Source: Nitrosopumilus sp. (GTDB lineage Archaea > Thermoproteota > Nitrososphaeria > Nitrososphaerales > Nitrosopumilaceae). From it: DNA of 64,000 nt. The notes beneath the pieces were generated by a model. It saw only the letters and a program-made list of their open reading frames with translations, was not told the DNA's origin and ran no database searches. Below are positions 19,058-27,866 of the stretch, piece after piece (the first letter of the stretch is position 1; each line of letters starts with the position of its first letter). The stretch lies in NCBI GenBank assembly GCA_963662625.1, contig OY759726.1, forward strand, positions 192,001-256,000, given 5' to 3'. A program made the translations under genes and the position numbers.

Positions 19058-19604
19058 CGGATCGTCCCCGCCAGCGCCCGCGCCACCGCGGCCGCCAGCA
19101 GCGGGGGCACGGCGTTGCCGACCTGGCCGTACTGCGAAAGCGTCAGCCTCCCGCTCCTCCCGCCAGAGGTCCTTGGGCCGGTGAAGCGGTACCAGTCGGG
19201 GAAGGACTGCAGCCTGGCCGACTCCCTGACGGTCAGGATCCTGTCCCGCGAGTAGTGTATCATGTCCTCCATCATGAACGCCCTGGGGCGGAATTCCCCC
19301 AGGAAGCGCGCCAGGTGCTCGAAGAGGGAGTTCCGCGGGTCCCCCTCCTCCCCCGCCCCGGCGTAGGAGAATCCCTGGCAGGACGGCCCGGCCGCCACCA
19401 GGTCCACGGGGCCGACCGCGCGCCTCGCCTCGGCGGCGTCCACGTCCGCGATGTCGGCGCACACCACCCCAGAGCCTTGGAGGTTGGCGGCGTACGTCCT
19501 CGCCGCGTACGGGGAGGAGTCGACGGCGAGGCGCACGTCGAACCCGGCCATGGACAGGCCCAGGCCCATCCCCCCGCGCCGCAGAAGAGGTCTATCGCGG
19601 CCAT
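19054..19604 (-). pseudogene. Degenerate C5-methyltransferase (frameshift plus internal deletion)
   Basis: [12 protein letters not shown] shifts frame in a G6 run; GPSCQGFS; ENV changed to EDM and joined directly to [18 protein letters not shown]...GNAVPP (motif VIII and TRD missing). Confidence 0.8.
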
Positions 19605-19648
19605 CCCCCCCCCCCCGCCCGGGACGGCCGCCGCGCGCCGGCCAGGCC

Positions 19649-21757
19649 CTAGATGGAGGTGGTCACGGTCGGGTGGCGGAGGCCGACCGTGACCTCGCTG
19701 TCGGCCCACTCGAACTCCACCAGGCCCACCGGGTAGGGGCCGGCGACGCTTTCGGGCACCAGTCCGATTATGTCCGCCACCACCGCCAGGTAGAACTCCA
19801 CGTAGTCCCCCTCGGAGAGGCCGGGGATCACCTCGACGTGTCGGTCTATCCAGAGGCCCCCAAAGTCGTAGCCGATCCTGGCCGACGCCTCCCTGTCGCC
19901 GCCTGCCGCCCGCTCTATCGGGTCCGTGAAGACGTGCGAGTCAGCCACCGCCACGCCGCGCCTGTCGGTCACCGCCGACGAGCCTGAGAGGAGCACCCTC
20001 TTCCCCTTGGCAAAGTCGCCGCACTCGCTGTCCACCGAGGCGCCGCCGGACCCGATCGTGCGCTCCTCCCCGTTGACGAAGAGCCGCATCCACACCTCGA
20101 CGGGGCTGCCTATCCCCGGGATCGACCTCACGCCCTGGCCGGCGGGCGTGGCCCAGGCCATCTCCTCCACGGCCGGGGGGGCCAGGCCGCCTATGACCTT
20201 CCCGTTCTCGACGTGCCCGCCCCCGATCACGTCCGCGCTGATCCTCACCTTGAGGTCCCCGTGGTCCGAGGCGATCGTGGAGGAGTACGCTATGGCGCAC
20301 GCCTGCTCGTCCCTTATCTCCCCCCTGGGGAGCCCGGCCTTGGGGGTCGTCCCGGTGGAGCCGGACTCCGTGGAGCTGACCGAGTCGGATATCTTCATGC
20401 TCCCGGATCCGAGCACGTCCACGTACTCCATCCTGGTCGGGGTGTCCTCGACCTCGAACGCCAGGCCGCCGTACCTCGGGATGACCGGGAAGTAGGCGTC
20501 TCCGCCGTCGGCGGCGTACTCGCCGTCCAGGTACGGGAGGCGGAGATCCGGCAGCCCGTCGCCGACGAGCCTGGCCTCCTGGATCTCGAGGTCGAACATG
20601 ATCGGGATCTTGACCGACGAGTACACGTTGATCACCACGTCGTCCCCGGATCCGGTCATCATGGCCTCCCCGTTACGGTGGTCGAACACTATCGTGCCGT
20701 CGCACGCGTGCCGTGGCTCCTCGCAGTGCATCGGGAGGTCGTGCATGTGGAACTTCGGCTGGTACCCGTCCCCGTAGAAGCTCACCGGGTACTTCGTGGT
20801 TATCGGCGTCCCCAACGGCTTGGCCCAGTAGAGTCCCACGTCGTGTATGGTGTCCTCGATCATCGTCACGAAGGAGAACCTGTTCGGGCCGCTGGGGGTG
20901 ATTTCCAGGAAATCGTGGCCGTAGGCGTCCCCGTAGATCCCGCTTGACACGTCGGTCGTGCCGTTCTCGGTGGCGTTCACCAGCATGTACACGTATGGGG
21001 ACTGGGGGTCGGTGGCGTTCCTCCCCGCCCCGTAGTAGAAGAAGTCGCCGGTGAACGACGGCGTCCTCTGCACTATCCCCGCCGGGTACCCCCGGATTAT
21101 GTCCAGCATCGGGACGAACGTCTCTATGATCCTGACGGTGGTGCCTTCGGCCAGGTCTCCCCTGACCGAGAACGTCGGGGTGCCGTCCAGTATCTCCACG
21201 ATGAACGTGTTGGGGGCGCCTCCCGGCGTCGGGCCCGCGAACGTGAGCTTGTTCGCGGCCACGTTCACCGTCTGGTTTGTCCCCCCGACCCAGTGGTGCT
21301 GGACGTTGGCGGTGTGGGGGGCGATGGCGTGGAACGCCCTCTCGTGCAGGCTTGGCTTCCCCCGGCCGTCGCTGTAGAACGCCCGGAACACGTCAGGGAT
21401 GTCGCCGACCCTCGAGTCCGCCTCGTCGAATTCGGCGATCATCCCAGTCGTGGGCCCGTCGTAATGCACGTACGGCCGCATCACCTCCATCCCGCAGTCG
21501 TCCGGGCTGGCGGGATCGAGGATCGAGTTGCACCCGTCGTTGAAGATCAGCACCCCCTCGGGGTCGTCGTGGACGATCCTGGCCGAGAAGGGGAGCAGCC
21601 TGACATAGTCCTCCACGGTCCCGAGCTCTGAGACGTGGACGTCGATCGGGAACTGGTTGCCGAGGTCCGTGACCATGAAGAACTCCGCTGCGAGCGCCGG
21701 CGGCGCGGCGGCCATGAGGATGGTAAGCGCCGCCGCGGCGGCCGCCGGTGCCCGCAT
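19649..21757 (-). CDS. Large exported/surface protein
   Basis: Signal peptide [23 protein letters not shown]; acidic, beta-rich; TAATATA box upstream. Confidence 0.75.
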   Translation of the reverse strand: MRAPAAAAAALTILMAAAPPALAAEFFMVTDLGNQFPIDVHVSELGTVEDYVRLLPFSARIVHDDPEGVLIFNDGCNSILDPASPDDCGMEVMRPYVHYDGPTTGMIAEFDEADSRVGDIPDVFRAFYSDGRGKPSLHERAFHAIAPHTANVQHHWVGGTNQTVNVAANKLTFAGPTPGGAPNTFIVEILDGTPTFSVRGDLAEGTTVRIIETFVPMLDIIRGYPAGIVQRTPSFTGDFFYYGAGRNATDPQSPYVYMLVNATENGTTDVSSGIYGDAYGHDFLEITPSGPNRFSFVTMIEDTIHDVGLYWAKPLGTPITTKYPVSFYGDGYQPKFHMHDLPMHCEEPRHACDGTIVFDHRNGEAMMTGSGDDVVINVYSSVKIPIMFDLEIQEARLVGDGLPDLRLPYLDGEYAADGGDAYFPVIPRYGGLAFEVEDTPTRMEYVDVLGSGSMKISDSVSSTESGSTGTTPKAGLPRGEIRDEQACAIAYSSTIASDHGDLKVRISADVIGGGHVENGKVIGGLAPPAVEEMAWATPAGQGVRSIPGIGSPVEVWMRLFVNGEERTIGSGGASVDSECGDFAKGKRVLLSGSSAVTDRRGVAVADSHVFTDPIERAAGGDREASARIGYDFGGLWIDRHVEVIPGLSEGDYVEFYLAVVADIIGLVPESVAGPYPVGLVEFEWADSEVTVGLRHPTVTTSI

Positions 21758-22010
21758 GCCGCACAGGTAGCTGGGGGGTATATTAGGGGCCGTCATCGGC
21801 ACGCGAGGCGGAGCAGGCCCCCCCCCCGACGCCGGGGAGGCCCCCATAGCAGGCACGCCATCCCCATGGGCCTGGAGTTCGGCCGGGCCGGCAGCGTCCC
21901 CGCGGACCGGTGGAACCGGCTGGCCTGCCACGTGGCCATCGACGCGTAGGCCTCGGCGGCGACATCCTTCTTTCCGGCGCCGTCCCCCGGCCCGCCGGCC
22001 GGCGGGGTGA

Positions 22011-23156
22011 TCATGGGTACGACGCCGCCAGCAGGTCGACGGCTCCCACCATCATTCCTAATTGGCTCAGGCACATCACCGCCGCCATCACCCGCGGGTT
22101 GGCCGGGATCATCTCGGTCCACGCCGTCCTCCACCTCCCCGGGACCCCGACGTCCACGAGCATTGGGAGGACCAGCCCCTGGACCAGCCAATCCTCATTT
22201 TGCCTGAACCTGAGGAGGAAGGATCCCCCGGCGTTCCGCTCCATCCACCTCCTGTTCATGATCGGGGTGGCCTTTTTCGGGGCGTCGAACCTGGTTTTGG
22301 AGTGGTTGATCTTCCTCTCCCCCCAGTGGAGCGTGTCGGACTCCTCCCTGTACGCCCACGCCGCGCACTCCAGCTCCCATGGGACGTCCAGGTCGTACCC
22401 GCGCAGCGCCTTCAGGATGTGATCCAGCTCGGCGGCGCCGTCGTCCACGCCCGGGTCTATCCAGAATGGTTCCTCCAGTGCGGCCATGCGCCTCTGCTGG
22501 CCGGCGTCGATCTTCCACTTCCTGTCCAGCCTGGCCCGTTCCGGCGGTCCCCCCGGCGGCGGGGCGGGGCACGGGGGCTCCCCGTAGGCGATCCAGGATA
22601 TTATTCGCCCGTCGTAGACGTTGCCGTCCCAGAGCGCGGGGATGATCCCCTCCATCCTCCGGTTGGCCGGGACCATGGCGGTCCAGCGCTTCTCCCCCTC
22701 CATCCTGACGGAGAACAGCGAGTCCATCCGAAGGTCGGTCCCCTGGCGCTCCGGGTCGATCGACGCCGTGATCCGGAAGCGGGATGAGGAATGGCGCTCC
22801 AGCCACCCGCGGTTCATGACGGGGAGCTCGCGGCGCCGGCCGTCCTGCTCCCAGGAAAACGTGGGGGAGATCTCCCGCCGCTCCCACTGCCAGTTGTGCA
22901 CCCGCGGGGGGAGGGAGAAATCCAGCGCGCATATCCCTACCCAGTGGCGGCCCATCATGTTCAGCCACGGGTCCTCCCACTGGTTCCACGCCGGCCCGAT
23001 CAGGTCGGGGTGGATTATGCAGTCCCGCGGCGCCGCGCCCCCCGCCTCCCTGGAAAACTCCGCGGTTTCGCCGGCGATCCTGCCCACTATGCCGTCCTCC
23101 AGCGCCTGGATCATGTCGTCCAGATTGATGGTGTGGGGGAAGTCGCGGCCCCTCAC
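22011..23156 (-). CDS. Trp-rich hypothetical protein with an internal duplication
   Basis: PVMNRGWLERH...WTAMVPAN vs PIMNRRWMERN...WTEMIPAN; GTGA overlap. Confidence 0.6.
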   Translation of the reverse strand: MRGRDFPHTINLDDMIQALEDGIVGRIAGETAEFSREAGGAAPRDCIIHPDLIGPAWNQWEDPWLNMMGRHWVGICALDFSLPPRVHNWQWERREISPTFSWEQDGRRRELPVMNRGWLERHSSSRFRITASIDPERQGTDLRMDSLFSVRMEGEKRWTAMVPANRRMEGIIPALWDGNVYDGRIISWIAYGEPPCPAPPPGGPPERARLDRKWKIDAGQQRRMAALEEPFWIDPGVDDGAAELDHILKALRGYDLDVPWELECAAWAYREESDTLHWGERKINHSKTRFDAPKKATPIMNRRWMERNAGGSFLLRFRQNEDWLVQGLVLPMLVDVGVPGRWRTAWTEMIPANPRVMAAVMCLSQLGMMVGAVDLLAASYP

Positions 23157-23437
23157 AGCCACAGCGCCGCCCGGAGGGGGAGGACGGCCACGTGGCCGCA
23201 CCTGGAGCACGTGGCGGGGACGGTGGCGACGGTGGGCCTCATCGGCTCGTACTCGTGCTCGCATTCCCGGGATGGCGCGGGCGCGTCCCGCGCGGCCCTG
23301 GTCCCCCTGGCCCTGGGGGCCGCCCTGGCCGACCTTCCGAGGGCGGTGGAGCAGTCGTGGGAGCACGTCCTCCGCCTCGACGTGGTCTTGGCGCGGTACC
23401 CGCCCCCGCACACGTCGCACTTCCTGTCCTCCTTCAC
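23153..23437 (-). CDS. Zinc-finger protein
   Basis: CDVCGGGY...TCSHDC, CEH...CSRCGH; coupled by overlaps. Confidence 0.55.
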   Translation of the reverse strand: MKEDRKCDVCGGGYRAKTTSRRRTCSHDCSTALGRSARAAPRARGTRAARDAPAPSRECEHEYEPMRPTVATVPATCSRCGHVAVLPLRAALWL

Positions 23438-23937
23438 GGCCGCCGCCCCCCGCCGCCGGCGCGCGGCCCGCGGCGTCCGTTCCCGCCCCTGCCGGCGGCC
23501 TGGCGGCCCCGCCCAAGGTGCCAGGATACGAAGTCGAACCAGCTCCTCCCCTCCTCGGCGAACCTTCGGACGTCTATCACGCAGTATGGCACCCCGTGCC
23601 TCCTGTACTCCCTGTTCCTCCTGGCGGTCTTCTCCCTGTTCCTCCCCTTGTAGTGCCAGGCGCCGTCGACCTCGATCACCAGCCTGATCCCCCCGCTGCC
23701 GTCCAGGACGGTGACGTCCGGGGTCCTGACTATCAGCCCGGTGTCCAGCAGGTTCCCCATCCTCCGCGACACCAGGGCGTGGGGGATCCCGTGGCAGAGC
23801 GCCACCACCCTCCCCCTGCACATCAGCAGCGCGTCCTCCCTGCGGATGAGATCCCTGTCGATCCCCTCGGTCTGCTCGAGGTAGGACGCGATCGCCGCCA
23901 GCTGGACGCCGTCCCCGGCGCCCGCCGCCCCCATCAC
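23434..23937 (-). CDS. Vsr/DUF559-like PD-(D/E)xK endonuclease
   Basis: TPDV...LVIEVDGAWH...RN..Y...G. Confidence 0.75.
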   Translation of the reverse strand: MMGAAGAGDGVQLAAIASYLEQTEGIDRDLIRREDALLMCRGRVVALCHGIPHALVSRRMGNLLDTGLIVRTPDVTVLDGSGGIRLVIEVDGAWHYKGRNREKTARRNREYRRHGVPYCVIDVRRFAEEGRSWFDFVSWHLGRGRQAAGRGGNGRRGPRAGGGGRRP

Positions 23938-24473
23938 GTCCGTGTCCCCCTGTGGATCATGTCGAGGGTGGGAGCGAATTCCCCGATCCTGCCGGCGTCG
24001 GCGATCCCGTAGAATATCCCCCCGGCCTTCCTCAGGAGCCCGCCGTCCACCAGGGAGCCGAAGGCCACGCTGAAGTCCTTGTCGCTGACCACCTTCCCGT
24101 ACGTCATGGCCAGCTCCTCGCTGGACCTGGCGTACGTCCCCCCGTTCATGGCGTGCGCGCGGGCAAGCGATAGTATCATCAGGGCCAGCGGGGTGATCCC
24201 CAGGCCAGCGGCGGCGCGCATCGCCAGGCCTGAGGAGGTGGCCCACAGGGAGTCGCCGTCCCTGGCCAGCAGCCCCTCCCGCACCGCGATGCACAGCTTC
24301 TCGTCGAAGAGGTTCCCGGCCCCGCCGCGGATCTCCTCCCTGAGCCGCCTCGCGTCGACCACGCCGTCGCCGACCCCCTCCAGGATCCTGGACAGCAGCG
24401 AGCCCCGCCTGGCCCTCCTCCTGTGCCAGTCCGGGGGGAGCCTCCCCCTGTCTGCCGGGGCGGGCGTCCTCAT
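23934..24473 (-). CDS. Hypothetical protein, possibly tandem winged-helix
   Basis: ATGA overlap; EGLL..DG..LW and LVDGGLLRK..GIFY wing-like motifs. Confidence 0.5.
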   Translation of the reverse strand: MRTPAPADRGRLPPDWHRRRARRGSLLSRILEGVGDGVVDARRLREEIRGGAGNLFDEKLCIAVREGLLARDGDSLWATSSGLAMRAAAGLGITPLALMILSLARAHAMNGGTYARSSEELAMTYGKVVSDKDFSVAFGSLVDGGLLRKAGGIFYGIADAGRIGEFAPTLDMIHRGTRT

Positions 24474-25225
24474 CCCCCCCACCGGATCTCCCCGCAGCCC
24501 GGGGGGTGGTACGAGACCTCGGCGGCGGCCATGTCTATCAGGTACCACCTGCCGTCCCTGCCGCGGGCAAAGTCGACGCTCCATGCCGCGCCGCCGACCC
24601 TCCGGGCCACCTCGCGGGCCATGCCGGCGATCGTCGCCCCGGCGGCGGCCACGGCGCGGTTCTGCCACTCCAGTATCCCCCGCCACCCCGGGTCCATCCC
24701 GCGGGCCAGCCGGCCGCCCCTCTCGGCCCACGCCGCGACGGCGTCTGGGACCCAGTACGGGTGGACGCACCGCGGCTCCCCGCCGGAGACGAAGGCCCTG
24801 GCCTCGACGGATATCGGGAGGCGGTCGAAGGCGCAGAACCCGGCGTCCAGGTCCAGCCACTTCCTGAGCACGACGGCGGAGTCCACCAGGTCGAAGCACG
24901 CGTTCAGGTCCAGGATCTCCATCAGGTGCGGCAGCAGCGCCCTCCTGGACGGCAGCCTGCAGGTGCGGCGGAACATGTGCTTCTGGGAGGAGTGGTCCGT
25001 CCGGAGGAACACCGGGTACGGTTCCAGATCCTCGAGCGCCGCGTACAGCTCCTCCGCGTGGGAGCCTAGGGCCCTCTCGCCGTCCATGACCCCCGACAGC
25101 GTGCGGTATGGGATCTCCACGATCCGGGTCTCCGGCTGCGGGATGTCCAGGTCCCTCACCAGCGGGTGCCAGTGCAGCATGCTGCTCCTGACGTAGTGCC
25201 CGGCGAGATCGGAGAGGTCAGACAA
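24470..25225 (-). CDS. ATP-grasp domain protein (R2K/Cdc123-like)
   Basis: PVFLRTDHSSQKH, VLRKWL, EARAFV..G, WSVDFA....WYLIDM. Confidence 0.7.
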   Translation of the reverse strand: MSDLSDLAGHYVRSSMLHWHPLVRDLDIPQPETRIVEIPYRTLSGVMDGERALGSHAEELYAALEDLEPYPVFLRTDHSSQKHMFRRTCRLPSRRALLPHLMEILDLNACFDLVDSAVVLRKWLDLDAGFCAFDRLPISVEARAFVSGGEPRCVHPYWVPDAVAAWAERGGRLARGMDPGWRGILEWQNRAVAAAGATIAGMAREVARRVGGAAWSVDFARGRDGRWYLIDMAAAEVSYHPPGCGEIRWGG

Positions 25226-25376
25226 CGTCGAACCCCACCGGGTTGGGGTGCCCCCTCGGGCACTCCGCGGACACCTGCGTGACCGTGATCCCCCCCTGCC
25301 TCGGGCTTATCGGGGCGGTGGCGGCGCCTATGGGGGACCCGCACGCGTAGCACCTGCGCGGCCTCGTCCTGATCAC
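25218..25376 (-). CDS. Small zinc-ribbon protein
   Basis: CYACG...CPRGH; GTGA overlap. Confidence 0.45.
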   Translation of the reverse strand: MIRTRPRRCYACGSPIGAATAPISPRQGGITVTQVSAECPRGHPNPVGFDVV

Positions 25377-26308
25377 CGGCCGCCCCCCCTCCGGTACTGC
25401 AGCGGGTTCCGGATGCCGCGGCAGCTGTGGTCCCGGCGGCACAGCCCCATGCCCTCCAGCTTCGCGCATCCCTGGGGGGAGTAGCCGGCGCCGTCGATGT
25501 GGGCCACCTGGGCCGCCGTCACCCGCTCCGAGTAGTCCGGGGCGCCGGAGAACAGGGAGGCGACCTCCCCCCTGGAGCGGCCGGCGCGGAGCATGTAGGA
25601 CGCCACCAGGAACCTCCCGGAGTGGTTCAGGTTCTCCCCCCTGGACATCGCGGCCGCGGCGTGTTCCACGCAGGGGGGGATCCCGTCGCTGCCGGCGGCC
25701 GGCCTCCTGGCCGGCCTGGGCGCCATGGCCGCCACCTCCGACGCCGGGCCGGATATGTCGCCCTCCCACCCGCGGTCCAGCCTGACCCCCCGTATCGCCG
25801 ACATCACGGCGTCCGTCAGGTCCGCCCGGAGGAGCCTCCTCAAGTCGGCGCCGGCGAGCCTGACCATCCCGGAATCGACGTCGCGGTTCACCAGCTTCCA
25901 CGCCGCCTCCCCTATCCGGACGGAACGCCGGAGGTACGCCGGGACCGGCACCAGGTACGTCCCGCCCGACGCGGCCGCCCCGATCATCTCCGCGGCGTCT
26001 GCCATCCTCCCGGCCAGGGCGGCCTCGGCGCGCCTCGATTCGCCGAGGGCGAACCTCCTGGAGAGCGGCTCGCTGCCCGCGGCGGAGAGGAGCACCAGGG
26101 ACGCGGCGTAAAGGACGGCCGACTTTGGGTAGATCCTCCCACCCACCACGTCCTGGCCCTCCCTGGACGGCCTGCCGGCCACGCAGGAGGAGATGTTCTC
26201 CACGGCGCCCCTCAGGATCCCCGGGTCGCGCAGCGCCGCCCCCATGTCGAACGAGCCCGCCTTCAGCGACTCGATCGCGCCGAGCGCCGGGTACCTCGAG
26301 GCGTCCAT
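25373..26308 (-). CDS. priL: DNA primase large subunit
   Basis: IPPCV...GENLNHSGRFLVASY, PDYSERVT..QV.HI, YS..GC.KL..MGLC....C..IRNPLQY (Fe-S domain). Confidence 0.85.
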   Translation of the reverse strand: MDASRYPALGAIESLKAGSFDMGAALRDPGILRGAVENISSCVAGRPSREGQDVVGGRIYPKSAVLYAASLVLLSAAGSEPLSRRFALGESRRAEAALAGRMADAAEMIGAAASGGTYLVPVPAYLRRSVRIGEAAWKLVNRDVDSGMVRLAGADLRRLLRADLTDAVMSAIRGVRLDRGWEGDISGPASEVAAMAPRPARRPAAGSDGIPPCVEHAAAAMSRGENLNHSGRFLVASYMLRAGRSRGEVASLFSGAPDYSERVTAAQVAHIDGAGYSPQGCAKLEGMGLCRRDHSCRGIRNPLQYRRGGGR

Positions 26309-26309
26309 C

Positions 26310-27866
26310 TCAGGCCAGCGCGTCGGTGTAGGAGCGCGGCACGTAGCGCTTCATCGTCCTCAGCAGGTCCCGGATCCCAGAATCGATGACGTAGGTCGGG
26401 GCCGAGTCCCCCTCCTCCCTGACCGACCTGCCGCACCCCTGGAGGAACCTCGTCAGGGCGGCGTACCTGTACCACACCTGGCTCGCCGCCGCCTTGCGCC
26501 TCACCCTGGGGTCGGACATGGACGGGTAGGGGACCTTGTAGATCACCTGCCACTCCGACAGCCTCCCCCTCAGGTCCACGCCGCTCCAAAGCGAGGGGGA
26601 CAGCAGCACCGTCGGCTCCTCGGACTCGACGTGCCTGGCAAGCTGCTCCTCCCTGGTGGAGTCCCCCCGGGCGAACACGGGGACGAGCCTGTCTGGTTCC
26701 TCGGCGTTCCTGATTATCTCCACGCACCTGGCCACCGAGGTGGCCAGGATCAGCCCCTTCTGCCCCGAGTGCCTCCTCATTACCTCGTTCACCCTCCCGC
26801 AGGCGGCCAGGTGCTCCGAGGGGGTGGTCCTCTCGTTGATCCTGGCGACGTCCAGCATGTGGATCCTCCTGTTTTCGGGGGGGAAGGGGGAGTCGTGGAC
26901 CTCGACGAAGGCCGCGTCGCGCACGTCGATCCCCATGGAGTGGCAGAACGGCTCGGGGGAGATCGTCGCGGACATGAAGAGCTGGCGCGGCGCGTCAAAG
27001 TACGTCCGCGCCACCCCGGACACGTCGGCCATGGTGACCGTCAGCCTCCTCGAGCCGGAGCCGTACCCCGTGACCAAGTTGTCCGGCCTGGCCTCGGCCT
27101 CCCTGATCAGGAGGCGGCACTTTTCGGCGACGAAGGCGTAATAGTTGACGTTGGAGCCGTCCCCCCTGGCGCGGCGCGCAAAGTCGGCGTGTATCGCCCA
27201 GAGCGCGGCGCGGACGGAGTCGACGTCCGCCCTCGGGCCGACTTCGGCGCCGCACTCGTCGAGCTGCTCCCTGTCCACGGTGTGGGTCACGTGCGCCACC
27301 AGGGCGTCCTCGATCTCGTGCGCCTCGTCGCAGACCAGCGTGTCCTTCCTGGCCTTCCCGTGGCGGGCGAAGTGGAAGAAGGAGGCGTAGTTGTACACGG
27401 CGGCCTCGGACAGCATGGCGGTGTACTTTGCGGTGTAGTAGAGGCACGAGTCCGCCGGGCCGCTGACCGTCCCCCCGGGAAGGACGGTGAACTCCGACGG
27501 CATCGGCTTGCGCGTGCATGTCATCTTCTTCCCGCCCTCCCTCCAGGTGCACCTGCCCTGGCTGCATGGCGCGCCCTCGGCCGGCCCGCCGTCGAGTTCC
27601 AGGCACCTGTAGTTTGACTTGCCCATCGCCACCGGCAGGCCCGCGAAGTCGCGGGCGTACTGGTGCTGGAGGAGGCGCTGCCTCGTGACTATCCCCCCTC
27701 CCCCGTGGTGGTTGAGGAACGTCATGGCCACGTGGCTCTTGCCGACCCCGGTGGGGGCGCAGAGTATGACGTGGCGGTACCCGGACTTTAGCGCCTCGGA
27801 GATCCTGGAGATTATCTCGGCCTGCTGGGGGCGCGGCGTGGCGCCGCGGGGGAACGACGCTAGCAT
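26310..27866 (-). CDS. XPD/DinG-family SF2 DNA helicase
   Basis: PRPQQ, APTGVGKS, GKSNYRC with Cys cluster, DEAH, MSAT, WSGVDL, KVPYP, QGCGRSVR. Confidence 0.9.
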   Translation of the reverse strand: MLASFPRGATPRPQQAEIISRISEALKSGYRHVILCAPTGVGKSHVAMTFLNHHGGGGIVTRQRLLQHQYARDFAGLPVAMGKSNYRCLELDGGPAEGAPCSQGRCTWREGGKKMTCTRKPMPSEFTVLPGGTVSGPADSCLYYTAKYTAMLSEAAVYNYASFFHFARHGKARKDTLVCDEAHEIEDALVAHVTHTVDREQLDECGAEVGPRADVDSVRAALWAIHADFARRARGDGSNVNYYAFVAEKCRLLIREAEARPDNLVTGYGSGSRRLTVTMADVSGVARTYFDAPRQLFMSATISPEPFCHSMGIDVRDAAFVEVHDSPFPPENRRIHMLDVARINERTTPSEHLAACGRVNEVMRRHSGQKGLILATSVARCVEIIRNAEEPDRLVPVFARGDSTREEQLARHVESEEPTVLLSPSLWSGVDLRGRLSEWQVIYKVPYPSMSDPRVRRKAAASQVWYRYAALTRFLQGCGRSVREEGDSAPTYVIDSGIRDLLRTMKRYVPRSYTDALA

